Below are positions 17,322 to 26,170 of a stretch of 64,000 bases of DNA, piece by piece. The stretch is from an uncultured beta proteobacterium. GTDB lineage: Bacteria; Pseudomonadota; Gammaproteobacteria; Burkholderiales; SG8-41. A program made the position numbers and the translations under genes. A model generated the notes under the pieces. It had not been told where the DNA came from, searched no databases, and saw only the letters and a list, made by a program, of their open reading frames with translations. Location: contig CADECM010000017.1 in assembly GCA_902825845.1 (NCBI GenBank), forward strand, positions 3,077 through 67,076, in the 5' to 3' direction. Each line of letters starts with the position of its first letter. Position 1 is the first letter of the stretch.

Positions 17322-19226
17322 TCATTCGGTGCTGCGCGCGCGGCCGAACAGCAGGGTGATGTTGATGCGGCGGTTTTCGTAACCCGGCTTGAAATGCAGT
17401 TCGTCGGTCACATGGATCAGACTGGAATCGAACATCACGCAGCGGTTTTCGCGGTACGGCACGCGCTGCGCCCTGGCGTCGTGCACTTTCAGGTAGGCCT
17501 GGAGTTTTTCCGGATTGCTGTTGTAGTCGGCGAAGGTCCAGCTTTTCGGAACCGGGTGATTGTAAATCACCATGCCGCCGGTGGCGGGATCCGCGCAGGA
17601 TGCATCGGGCGTGACCCAGAAATTCACATTGACCCTGGCAAAATCGGCGTGCATGGTGATGCCGCGCATGCGCTGATCGTATTTGAAGCCCCACGCCTGC
17701 AGCAGCGCAAAGTCCTGAATCACCCGCGGCATCTTCTGACGCAGTTGGTCGGCGATCGCCAGCAACACCCGCGGCGCGAAACCTTTCACCAGCAGCGCGC
17801 CGGCATAGCCGCCGGGGTTGTACATCTTCCACACCGTGGCTTCTTCGCTGAAACGGCGCAATTCCGCGAGCGCGTCCGCGCTCAGAAACTGGTCGATTAC
17901 CACCAGTTTCTCCGCGGCGTAGCGTTCCTCGAGCGCGGCGTAATCGTTGTTGCCGAGCGCGGCGCCCGCAAACGGCGTGTCGGGACAATAATGCACGTCG
18001 CACAGTGCCTGGCGCAATGCGCCGGCGGCTGGTTCTTCCGGCGCAAAGGTCTGCGTGGTGTCGCGCGACTGCGCGTAATACGGCTTTAACACCTGCAGCG
18101 CCTGCCGGCCGCCGGTATCCAGCTTGCCGCGCCGTTGCAGCAGTTCGAGCTGCTCGTAGTCATGGCGAATGCGCGGTTCCGGGACGGGCCACGGCAGGTG
18201 GCCATAGGCATCACGGTGTTGCACATTCAGATCGAGGCACTGGCGCAGCCGCCGCGCGGCATCGTCCACCTGGCCGCGCCGCAACTGTTCCAGTCCGCGC
18301 AGCAAAATGCAATCGATGTCGGTTGCCATGGCGGCGGCATGCTGAGCGCAAAAAGCCGCCAGCGCCCCGGCGTCCCCGCCGTCAATATACAGTTTCAGCA
18401 ACGCCCGAATCGCCGCCAGTGGCGGCGGCGTCGCGGCAAGCGCGCGCTGATAGGCCGCCATCGCCTGCGCCGCACAGTCCAGCCCGGCATAAGCCAGGCC
18501 GAGCTCGATGTGCAGCTCATGCGGGACCAGGTCCGCCGCCGTCATTGCATCGAAGGCGGCGATGGCCGCGTAGTGGTCCCCCAGCATGTTCTGGCAGCGC
18601 ATGATCTGCAGGGTGGTCGGCGGCGAGCCTTTGTTGATCTGGTTCGCGCACAGCGCGTTGCCCAGCGACTCGTGATAATTCTTGAAGGTGAAATTCGCGT
18701 TGCTCAGTACCATCAGGGCGCGGTAGTTGGCACCGTCCGTCGCCAGCACGGCGCACGCCAGCTGGTAGGCGCGCATCCAGTCGCCGGCCGCCGCCGACAC
18801 TTCGGCCATCACCACAAGCAGAAAGGACTCGCCCACCGGTGGTAGCGGCTGTCTGCACACATGGGCATACGCTTCGTCGATGTGCCCGTTCGTCTGCAGT
18901 ATCATCAGAAAAAACGCTTCGCCGTCCGGACAGATGGCGGGATCGGCAATCGCCCTGCGTCCCAGGCCCAACGCGTCCTGCGCACGGCCTTCGGCCAGCA
19001 GCTTCACCAATGCCGCGCTGCTATCGCGTGCCCACGGCAATGTCCACGCGCGGCTCTGGCAGACAAACACGGCATTATCGATTTCGCCGGCGACGAACAG
19101 GCACACCACCGCTTCAAACGCGTCTTCATCCGAGAGCGGCGGCTGGGGTTTCAGCAATTCGAGCGCGGCCGCTGTCTGGCCCGAGGAACGCAGGCGGTTG
19201 ATTTCGGAATAAACGGTGGAGAGCAT
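17322..19226 (-). CDS. TPR-like helical repeat protein fused to a 2OG-Fe(II) oxygenase-like domain
   Basis: 634 aa. The C-terminal ~200 aa carry ITMHADFARVNVNFWVTPD (HxD) and DSSLIHVTDE...RRINITLLF (distal His, Arg), consistent with the prolyl-hydroxylase-type double-stranded beta-helix. Confidence 0.6.
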   Translation of the reverse strand: MLSTVYSEINRLRSSGQTAAALELLKPQPPLSDEDAFEAVVCLFVAGEIDNAVFVCQSRAWTLPWARDSSAALVKLLAEGRAQDALGLGRRAIADPAICPDGEAFFLMILQTNGHIDEAYAHVCRQPLPPVGESFLLVVMAEVSAAAGDWMRAYQLACAVLATDGANYRALMVLSNANFTFKNYHESLGNALCANQINKGSPPTTLQIMRCQNMLGDHYAAIAAFDAMTAADLVPHELHIELGLAYAGLDCAAQAMAAYQRALAATPPPLAAIRALLKLYIDGGDAGALAAFCAQHAAAMATDIDCILLRGLEQLRRGQVDDAARRLRQCLDLNVQHRDAYGHLPWPVPEPRIRHDYEQLELLQRRGKLDTGGRQALQVLKPYYAQSRDTTQTFAPEEPAAGALRQALCDVHYCPDTPFAGAALGNNDYAALEERYAAEKLVVIDQFLSADALAELRRFSEEATVWKMYNPGGYAGALLVKGFAPRVLLAIADQLRQKMPRVIQDFALLQAWGFKYDQRMRGITMHADFARVNVNFWVTPDASCADPATGGMVIYNHPVPKSWTFADYNSNPEKLQAYLKVHDARAQRVPYRENRCVMFDSSLIHVTDELHFKPGYENRRINITLLFGRARSTE

Positions 19227-19418
19227 GTGTTAGGGCGTCACGACATGGGCGTTTCAACGCAGGCGTCTATCGCGTCGAATGGGCGAGCGGTGTCGCGTAG
19301 CGCGTTGTTACAAGGAAGCATCGCAATCTGTCATGCGCCGGTTGCGCTGAATCAAGCTGGCCGGCTACGAATTATGATAGGGTACGCAGAAATACTTATT
19401 GCTGATTGATCTTCGGAA

Positions 19419-19452
19419 TTAAAAAATTATTTAAAATCAATAAGTTATGTAC
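19419..19452 (+). repeat. AT-rich A-tract/IHF-core motif copy S4 (best copy)
   Basis: TTAAAAAATTATTTAAAATCAATAAGTTATGTAC: an A6 tract, a ~9-nt spacer and an exact AATCAATAAGTTA. Confidence 0.7.
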
Positions 19453-19697
19453 TTCAGGCCATGACGGTCGGAAATTGGTCTTGACCGTTGCGCCCGTCCA
19501 GGCCGTGTGCAGTGCGGATAGTAGCAGCCGCGGGTGGCAGCGGCACATCGGGCGTTGGCCGCGGCAGGGCAGTGTGAGTGCGGGTGAATGAAACGCGATC
19601 GCCGGCGGATTGTCGCTGGAACGCAACGCAGGCACGGGCGTAAGGCGCAGGCTCGTGCGGGCTGCAGGAATATTGCGCTGGCTTATGGAGAGTCATT

Positions 19698-19832
19698 ATG
19701 AAACGCTTGATCATCAGAACCCTGGCCGCGGCCCTGTTCGCCGTTGCACTGGCAGGCTGCGGCAGCATCAAGCAGGAATCCGCGATGGAATGGCTGGAAA
19801 GCCAGCCGTGGACCAGCGACGACACCGTCTGA
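19698..19832 (+). CDS. small putative lipoprotein (44 aa, below ORF-track cutoff)
   Basis: GGAGAG RBS 6 nt upstream. MKRLIIRTLAAALFAVALAGCGSIKQ... carries the lipobox LAGC. Confidence 0.5.
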   Translation: MKRLIIRTLAAALFAVALAGCGSIKQESAMEWLESQPWTSDDTV

Positions 19833-19863
19833 CGCACGACACCGCCGCCGGCAGCCGCGATTG

Positions 19864-20661
19864 CTACCGGGTGCGCGTCATATTGAAGCGGCCGCTGCCG
19901 TCGGTGGTGAACTGGATGTGCACCGCGTTCTGCGGGTGCTGCGCGACGTAGTCGTCGGCGAAGATTGCCGTGATCCCGTAGCCGAGATGGCGCAGGAAGG
20001 CGAACAGTTTTTCCTTCTCCGCCGTGTACCAATCCGCGTTCCAGGCTTCGAACAATAGCGGCGGGAAATGGCCGGCCTCCAGCAGGTTGACCCCGCCTTG
20101 CAGCACCTTCAGGTCGTAGCCCTCGACATCGATCTTCCACAGACAGGGTGGTTTGGGAAACGGGATGCTGTCGAGCCGGGCCAGCGGCGTTTCCAGCGGC
20201 GGCTTGTCACTCTGCAGGATCACGCAACCGGTTTTTTCGCGGATGTCCTCGTCCAGTGAAAACCCGCCGACGTTGCTGCTCTTGCTGAAATCCAGCGCGG
20301 GTATGCCGATCGTTCCGTCGCTATCGCCGAGTGCCATGCAGTGAGCGAACACATTGTCCACGCTGTTCAGGAAAATATTGCCGCATAGCTGATAGTAGAC
20401 AATGCGCTGTGGCTCGTAGGCGTAGATGGTTCCCTTCACGCCGTCGAGCGCGCGTGCCAACGGCACGGCGTATGCGCCCAGGTTGGCGCCGATATCGAGA
20501 ATCAGCGGTTCCGCGATGCCGTGAACGAACATGCGACTGATGGCCACCAGATGCGGCTCCCAGGTGCCGCGGCGACGCAGATGCAGGCCAATCGCGTCAT
20601 CCGTTGACAGCAACAGGTAGTCGGCATCCTGGCATCGCACCAGATCAATTTTTGGCAGCAC
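19864..20661 (-). CDS. FkbM-family SAM-dependent methyltransferase
   Basis: 265 aa with ILDIGANLGAYAVPLA...IYAYEPQ...LWKIDVEGYDLKVLQG, typical of Methyltransf_21/FkbM. Confidence 0.8.
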   Translation of the reverse strand: MLPKIDLVRCQDADYLLLSTDDAIGLHLRRRGTWEPHLVAISRMFVHGIAEPLILDIGANLGAYAVPLARALDGVKGTIYAYEPQRIVYYQLCGNIFLNSVDNVFAHCMALGDSDGTIGIPALDFSKSSNVGGFSLDEDIREKTGCVILQSDKPPLETPLARLDSIPFPKPPCLWKIDVEGYDLKVLQGGVNLLEAGHFPPLLFEAWNADWYTAEKEKLFAFLRHLGYGITAIFADDYVAQHPQNAVHIQFTTDGSGRFNMTRTR

Positions 20662-20804
20662 GCCCGCATCTCCGTACGAAAAAGCGACGGCGCCGATTAT
20701 AAGAGCGAACCCGTCTGCGCAGATTGACCATGGCGCGTGGAATCCCGGATAATCCCACGTTTCGTCCGCTGCATTCCGGCTCGCGAGCAGCGCCTCCCCA
20801 TCCC

Positions 20805-20832
20805 ATAAAGTAAAGTAAAATCAATGACTTAC
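20805..20832 (+). repeat. AT-rich A-tract/IHF-core motif copy S5
   Basis: ATAAAGTAAAGTAAAATCAATGACTTAC with an exact core AATCAATGACTTA. The ATG inside it is the FAH-family start codon (20824). Confidence 0.55.
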
Positions 20833-21513
20833 GCCATAGACTTTCCAGGTATCACGACCCTGCCGGTCGCCGAAAGCCATCAGGCTTTTCCGGTCGGACG
20901 CATTTATTGCGTGGGTCGCAACTATGCCGAGCATGCGCGCGAAATGGGCCACGACCCGGATCGCGAGCCGCCATTTTTCTTCATGAAGCCGCCCGATGCG
21001 ATCGTGATGAGCGGCGCCACCCTGCCGTATCCCACCATCACCCAGGATCTGCATCACGAGATCGAAATGATTGTCGCGATCGGCAAGGGCGGCAGGGATA
21101 TTCCCGTTGAAAAAGCACTGGACCACGTGTTCGGTTACGGCGTCGGACTCGACATGACGCGCCGCGACGTGCAGGGCGAAGCCAAGAAAATGGGCCGGCC
21201 GTGGGAAATGGGCAAGGCGTTCGATGAATCCGCGCCTTGCACCGCGCTCAAGACCGTCGCCATGGTCGGCCATCCCGCCAAGGGCGCGATCACGCTCAAG
21301 GTCAACGGCGTGGTGAAGCAAAAAGGCGATTTGTCCGAAATGATCTGGAACGTGCCGGAAACCATCGCCTATCTGTCGAAGATGATCACGCTGCGTCCCG
21401 GCGACCTCATCATGTCGGGCACGCCGTCCGGCGTCGGTCCGGTGCAGCGCGGCGACAAACTCGAAGGGCACGTGGACGGCGTCGGCGATCTGACCATCAG
21501 CTACGCCCGATAA
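20824..21513 (+). CDS. fumarylacetoacetate hydrolase (FAH) family protein
   Basis: 229 aa with IYCVGRNYAEHAREMG...FFFMKP...HHEIEMIVAIGK...PWEMGKAFD...GTPSGVG. Confidence 0.9.
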   Translation: MTYAIDFPGITTLPVAESHQAFPVGRIYCVGRNYAEHAREMGHDPDREPPFFFMKPPDAIVMSGATLPYPTITQDLHHEIEMIVAIGKGGRDIPVEKALDHVFGYGVGLDMTRRDVQGEAKKMGRPWEMGKAFDESAPCTALKTVAMVGHPAKGAITLKVNGVVKQKGDLSEMIWNVPETIAYLSKMITLRPGDLIMSGTPSGVGPVQRGDKLEGHVDGVGDLTISYAR

Positions 21514-21530
21514 GCGAAAGCCGCACGCGC

Positions 21531-22745
21531 GTGAGGGACGCCGCGCCGCTGCGCGCGTTGGCCGCCGCCAAGCTGGCCGAGGGCCGGGTGGCAGCCGCGA
21601 TCCGCCACGCGCGTGACTACCTGCACGCCACGGGCGCGCCGGCGCCGGTGGTGGCGTATGCCTTGCGCCAGCCGGCGCAGGCTGCCGACGGCAAAGGGGT
21701 GCGCGAGATTCGCGTGCTGGAGGACGCGGCCATTGCCTCCACCGCGCGCCTGACCAACGGACTGCAGCAACACGTGCATTGGTCCGAACCCTGGCGGCCG
21801 CCGGCGTTGCGTGTGCTGGCACTGAGCGATGCAGCGGCGCTGGCGCCGAACCTGATCCTCGACGCGGGCGGGGTGCTGCTCGACGACAACATCGGCTTCA
21901 ATAACAGCGAATTGTGCGATCACCTGCCGCCGGACTACAACGGTATTGTGGCCGCCGGTGGCCGCCTGCTGCTGGCGGTGCGCCATCGCACGGTCGCGCG
22001 CGTGGCCGAGCCGGCGCTGTATCTGCCCGCGCCGGGCAACTATGCGGCGTGGCTGTTTGGCAGCCTGCCGCGGCTGGCGGCGTACGCCTCCTGCGCGGGC
22101 TTCGGGCAACTGCCGATCGTGGTGCATGGCGACGTGGCGAACCACCACCTCGACGCGTTGCGCGCGATGGGCATAGCCCACGAACGTCTGCGCATTCACG
22201 GCGCGCGGGTGCGCCTCGAATGCAAGGAACTCTACTACTGCACCACCAGCTATTTTCATCATGCGCCCAGCGCTTCCGGCGTGCGCCATGTGCGCGAGCG
22301 CGTGTTGGCCGCTGTTGGCGCGGGCGCGGATGAGCCAGCGGCACCGCGCGTGTATCTCGCGCGCCGCCATGCAAAGGACCGGCCGCTGCTGAATGAACCC
22401 GAGGTCGTGGCGCTGTTCGAGCGCCACGGCTTCGTCGCCATCGATCCCGAGCAGCACAGCTTCGAGGCGCAAGTCCGATTCGTCACCGGCGCGCGGGTGC
22501 TGGCCGGCCCCTATGGCGCCAATCTGGCCAACATGGTGTTTGCGCGGCAGGCCGACAAGTTATTGATTCTGGCGACCAAGCACCAGCCGGAATTCGCGCG
22601 GCTGGCGAGCGCCTTGGGCATCGCCTGCTGGCACACCGTGCCGCAGGGCATTGAATTGCGTGAAGGGCGCACGCTGAGCGAGTCCTTCGGCTACCGCGCG
22701 AATCTGGATGAACTGGAACGGGTGTTGCAGGCTTGCCTCGCATGA
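21531..22745 (+). CDS. GT61/DUF563-family glycosyltransferase
   Basis: In frame with track ORF 21237..22745, whose 5' part overlaps the FAH gene. Putative GTG start at 21531. RVYLARRHAKDRPLLNEPEVVALFERHGFVAIDPEQHSFEAQVRFVTGARVLAGPYGANLANMVF matches the conserved GT61 C-terminal block. Confidence 0.6.
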   Translation: MRDAAPLRALAAAKLAEGRVAAAIRHARDYLHATGAPAPVVAYALRQPAQAADGKGVREIRVLEDAAIASTARLTNGLQQHVHWSEPWRPPALRVLALSDAAALAPNLILDAGGVLLDDNIGFNNSELCDHLPPDYNGIVAAGGRLLLAVRHRTVARVAEPALYLPAPGNYAAWLFGSLPRLAAYASCAGFGQLPIVVHGDVANHHLDALRAMGIAHERLRIHGARVRLECKELYYCTTSYFHHAPSASGVRHVRERVLAAVGAGADEPAAPRVYLARRHAKDRPLLNEPEVVALFERHGFVAIDPEQHSFEAQVRFVTGARVLAGPYGANLANMVFARQADKLLILATKHQPEFARLASALGIACWHTVPQGIELREGRTLSESFGYRANLDELERVLQACLA

Positions 22746-22750
22746 GGATG

Positions 22751-22776
22751 GGGGGCGCAATCCCATTGCGCCGCGG
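22751..22776. repeat. REP hairpin upstream of the RAYT gene
   Basis: GGGGGCGCAATCCCATTGCGCCGCGG (stem GGCGCAAT / ATTGCGCC). Confidence 0.75.
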
Positions 22777-22789
22777 CCAAACGTAAACC

Positions 22790-23323
22790 ATGCCCAACTA
22801 CCGTCGAGCAAAAGTAGCCGGCGCAACTTATTTCTTTACGGTGAACCTGCTGGATCGGCGCGCGCGATTGTTGGCCGCGCATATCGATGCATGGCACGAA
22901 GCTGTCGAGTGGGTGCGCATTCAACATCCTGTACACATCGACGCGTGGGTGGTCATGCCGGAGCATTTGCATGCCGTGTGGACGTTGCCGCCAGGCGACA
23001 GCAACTACGCGCTACGCCGGTCTTCCATCAAACGCCGATTCTCCCGGGCACTGCCAGTTACTGAAGCGCGCAGCGCGGTGCGTGTGGCAAGGGGTGAGCG
23101 CGGCATTTGGCAGCGCCGATACTGGGAGCACTTAATACGCGACGACGACGACTACGCCCGGCACATCGATTACCTTCATTACAATCCCGTCAAGCATGGC
23201 TACGCCGGGCGAGTAGCCGACTGGCCGCATTCATCGTTTGCGCAGTATGTCGATGCGGGAATTTATCCTGCGGATTGGGGCGGCTGTTCGGCGGCGAAGT
23301 TTGCCGCCGGCGAGCGGGAATGA
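22790..23323 (+). mobile_element. REP-associated tyrosine transposase (RAYT, IS200/IS605 Y1 family)
   Basis: 177 aa with YFFTVNLLDRR, the HUH-like motif MPEHLHAVW, GIWQRRYWEHLIRDDDDY..HIDYLHYNPVKHG and WPHSSF. Confidence 0.85.
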
Positions 23324-23329
23324 TTGCAT

Positions 23330-23401
23330 GCGGCGCAATGGGATTGCGCCCTACGGCCGGCGACTTTTGCACACTGTAGGGCGCAATCCCATTTCGCCGC
23401 C
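23330..23401. repeat. inverted REP pair downstream of the RAYT gene
   Basis: GCGGCGCAATGGGATTGCGCCCTAC (23330-23354) and GTAGGGCGCAATCCCATTTCGCCGCC (23376-23401) share the 22751 unit in opposite orientations. Confidence 0.8.
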
Positions 23402-23409
23402 AAAGCGTG

Positions 23410-25098
23410 CTACAGCGCGAACCGGTCGCGCAATGCCGCGGCAACGCGGCGAATCACATCGGACCATTCGGCAATGGCGGTCTGCCGGAACAGTCGCGCA
23501 CTCGGGTACCACAGACAGTCATCGCGATCCGCCATCCAGCGCCAATCGGGATTGAAGGGCAGCATCACCCACAGCGGTTTGCCCATGGCGCCGGCCAGAT
23601 GCGCGACGCTGGTGTCGATGGAGATGACCAGGTCCACGGCCTCCGTCAGCGCGGCGGTGTCGGCGAAATCGTGTAACGCGTCGCCGAAGTGGCGAACATC
23701 CGGGCGCGACGCGAGCAGCGGCGCGTCGGTCTCGCGCACTTCCTTTTGCAGGCTGATGAGTTCGATGCCGTCGCTTGCCAGCGCCAGCGCCTCGGCCAGT
23801 GCCATGCTGCGGTTCGGGTCCGGCAGCAGGTTGCCGCTCCAGGCGATGCCCACGCGCGGGCGGGTTTTCCCGCCCAGCCGCTGCTGCCATTGTGTACTGC
23901 GCACGGCATCGGCGGCGAGATACGGCACGTCGCGCGGCAGGGTGTCGGCGTTGGCGTGAAAGGCCAGCGGCAGGCTGGTGACCGGGCAATGGATGTCGAA
24001 GGGCGGGAGCGCGGCGCCCTGCGCGATGACTTGCGTCACGCCGCCGAGAGTGGACAACAGGGATTGCAACGCGGGCGGCGCTTCCAGAATCACCGTCGCG
24101 CCCAGCGCCGCAACGCGGCTCGCGTAGCGGCAAAACTGCAGCATGTCGCCCAGCCCCTGCTCGGCATACAACAGGATGGTCCTGCCGGCGAGAGATTGCT
24201 CGCCGCGCCACAGCGGTTGCGGGTAATCGCGCCGGAAGCGCGCAACCTGATCCTGCTTCCAGCGCCACTCGTAGCCCGCCCAGCCGCGCTCGAAATCGCC
24301 CAGCAACAGGCGGCACAGGGCGAGGTTCCACTGTGCATCGGCATGTTCCGCGTCAATGGCGATCGCCTGCTCGTAGGCGGCGATGGCTTCGCCGTAGCGC
24401 CGCAGATCGGCGAGCGCTGCGCCAAGATTGCTGTAGGCATCGGCGAACTGTGGCTCCAGCGCGATCGCGTGCCGGTAGCACGCGATGGCTTCCTCGTGCG
24501 CGTTGCGCTCGGCCAGCGCCACGCCCAGATTGCACAGCGCATCCACAAAATTGCCGTCGAGGGCAAGCGCGCGGCGATAGCTGGCAATGGCTGCGTCGTG
24601 GCGGCGCAATGCGGCCTGCGAATTGCCGAGGTTGTACCAGGCCTCGGCGTAGCCGGCGTTCGCCGCGATGGCGCGTTCGAAGCTGACGATGGCTTCCTCG
24701 TGCCGCTGCAGGTCGGCCAGCGTGCCGCCGCGATTGTTGTGGGTTATCGCGTGACCGGGCCGTAATGCAATGGCGCGGTCAAAGCATTGCAGCGCTTCGT
24801 CGTGGCGCCTCAGGTTGCGCAGGGTAATGCCCAAATGGCCGTGCACCGCGGGGTCGCCAGGTGCCGTGCGCAGCGCACGTGTGAACAAATCCACCGCCTG
24901 TTGCGGACGGCCGGACTGTGCCGCGGCCAGTCCCAGCAGCGCGAGGGTGTCCGGATGATCCGGCAACTGCTGCAATACCCGCTGTCCCAGCCGCTCGCAT
25001 TCGGCAAAGTTGCCGGACTGATACGCAGCAAACGCCTGCTGCAGGATAGCGACGGGTTGGGGCACGCGCGTGAGTGTTTCGACGTAGGTTAACCGCAA
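23410..25098 (-). CDS. TPR-repeat protein fused to a GT9-like (heptosyltransferase-fold) domain
   Basis: 562 aa with ~8 N-terminal TPRs. The C-terminus has ILLYAEQGLGDMLQFCRY, RVGIAWSGN and DTAALTEAVDLVISIDTSVAHLAGAMGKPLWVMLPFNPDWRWM...WYPSARLFRQ. Confidence 0.8.
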   Translation of the reverse strand: MRLTYVETLTRVPQPVAILQQAFAAYQSGNFAECERLGQRVLQQLPDHPDTLALLGLAAAQSGRPQQAVDLFTRALRTAPGDPAVHGHLGITLRNLRRHDEALQCFDRAIALRPGHAITHNNRGGTLADLQRHEEAIVSFERAIAANAGYAEAWYNLGNSQAALRRHDAAIASYRRALALDGNFVDALCNLGVALAERNAHEEAIACYRHAIALEPQFADAYSNLGAALADLRRYGEAIAAYEQAIAIDAEHADAQWNLALCRLLLGDFERGWAGYEWRWKQDQVARFRRDYPQPLWRGEQSLAGRTILLYAEQGLGDMLQFCRYASRVAALGATVILEAPPALQSLLSTLGGVTQVIAQGAALPPFDIHCPVTSLPLAFHANADTLPRDVPYLAADAVRSTQWQQRLGGKTRPRVGIAWSGNLLPDPNRSMALAEALALASDGIELISLQKEVRETDAPLLASRPDVRHFGDALHDFADTAALTEAVDLVISIDTSVAHLAGAMGKPLWVMLPFNPDWRWMADRDDCLWYPSARLFRQTAIAEWSDVIRRVAAALRDRFAL

Positions 25099-25176
25099 GT
25101 GAGCGCGTCATTTTAAGCCAGAGCCGCGCCGGGGATACAATGCTCGGTTCAAACCGCAAACGAGGAGAAGGAAATC

Positions 25177-26166
25177 ATGCGCAAAATCAAACTCGGCAGC
25201 AACGGCCCGCAAGCGTCTGCCATGGGACTGGGCTGCATGGGCATGTCCATTTCCTATGGCAAGCCCAATGACGAGGAATCCGTCGCGACCATTCATCGCG
25301 CGCTGGACCTCGGTGTCAATCTGATCGTCACCTCAGATGCCTATGGCGCCGGCGTCAACGAAGCACTGGTGGGCCGCGCGCTCAAGGGACGCCGCGGCGA
25401 AGCGCTGATCGCCACCAAGTTCGGCAACCTCGCGCTGGGCGGTGGCGGCGCCAACGCGCTCACCGGCGGACATCCCGACTACGTGCCGCAGGCCTGCGAA
25501 AAAAGTCTGAAGATGCTGGGCGTGGATGTGATCGACATCTACGGCCTGCACCGCGTCGATGCCACGGTGCCGATCGAGGATACGGTGGGCGCAATGAAGC
25601 GGCTGGTGGAACAGGGCAAGGTGCGCTACCTGCAATTGTCCGAAGCGGGTCCGGACACCCTGCGCCGCGCGTGCAAGGTGCATCCCATTGCCGCTCTGGA
25701 AACCGAGTATTCACTGTGGAGCCGCGATGTCGAACACGATATCCTGCCCGCGTGCCGCGAACTGGGTATTGCCTTCATGGCGTATGCGCCGCTGGGGCGT
25801 GGCTTTCTCACCGCCACCATGAAAACGCTGGACGCTCTGCTGCCCACCGACCGGCGCCGTGACCACCCGCGCTTTGGTGTAGAAAATATCAATAAAAACA
25901 AAGACTTAATTGCGCCGATTGAGGCGATAGCTGCCGCCAAAGGATGTGCGCCGGCGCAGGTCGCACTGGCGTGGCTGCTGGCGCAGGGCAAGGACGTGGT
26001 GCCGATTCCAGGCACCAAGCAGCGCAAGTGGCTGGAGCAGAATTGCGCGGCGCTGGAAGTGCAGCTCGACGCAGCGGACCTGGCGAAGTTGAATGCCGCG
26101 TTCCCGCTAAACGCGGCGGCCGGCACGCGCTATCCCGAAAAGCAGTTGAAGGCGCTGGGCATTTGA
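25177..26166 (+). CDS. aldo/keto reductase
   Basis: 329 aa with LGCMGMS, DTSDAYG-like TSDAYGAG, IDIYGLHRVD and LAWLLAQGKDVVPIPGTKQRKWLEQN. Confidence 0.9.
   Translation: MRKIKLGSNGPQASAMGLGCMGMSISYGKPNDEESVATIHRALDLGVNLIVTSDAYGAGVNEALVGRALKGRRGEALIATKFGNLALGGGGANALTGGHPDYVPQACEKSLKMLGVDVIDIYGLHRVDATVPIEDTVGAMKRLVEQGKVRYLQLSEAGPDTLRRACKVHPIAALETEYSLWSRDVEHDILPACRELGIAFMAYAPLGRGFLTATMKTLDALLPTDRRRDHPRFGVENINKNKDLIAPIEAIAAAKGCAPAQVALAWLLAQGKDVVPIPGTKQRKWLEQNCAALEVQLDAADLAKLNAAFPLNAAAGTRYPEKQLKALGI
25881..25911 (+). repeat. AT-rich motif copy S6 embedded in-frame in the aldo/keto reductase CDS
   Basis: AGAAAATATCAATAAAAACAAAGACTTAATT encodes ENINKNKDLI with A/T-ending codons. Confidence 0.5.
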
Positions 26167-26170
26167 GGCT

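Noticed and set aside
25881-25911. AT-rich patches inside genes as horizontally acquired insertions or IS scars
   Set aside because: The reading frames stay open, and in corC, the AKR and ubiE (12664-12686) the encoded peptides appear colinear with conserved family sequence. These are recoded native segments rather than inserted DNA.
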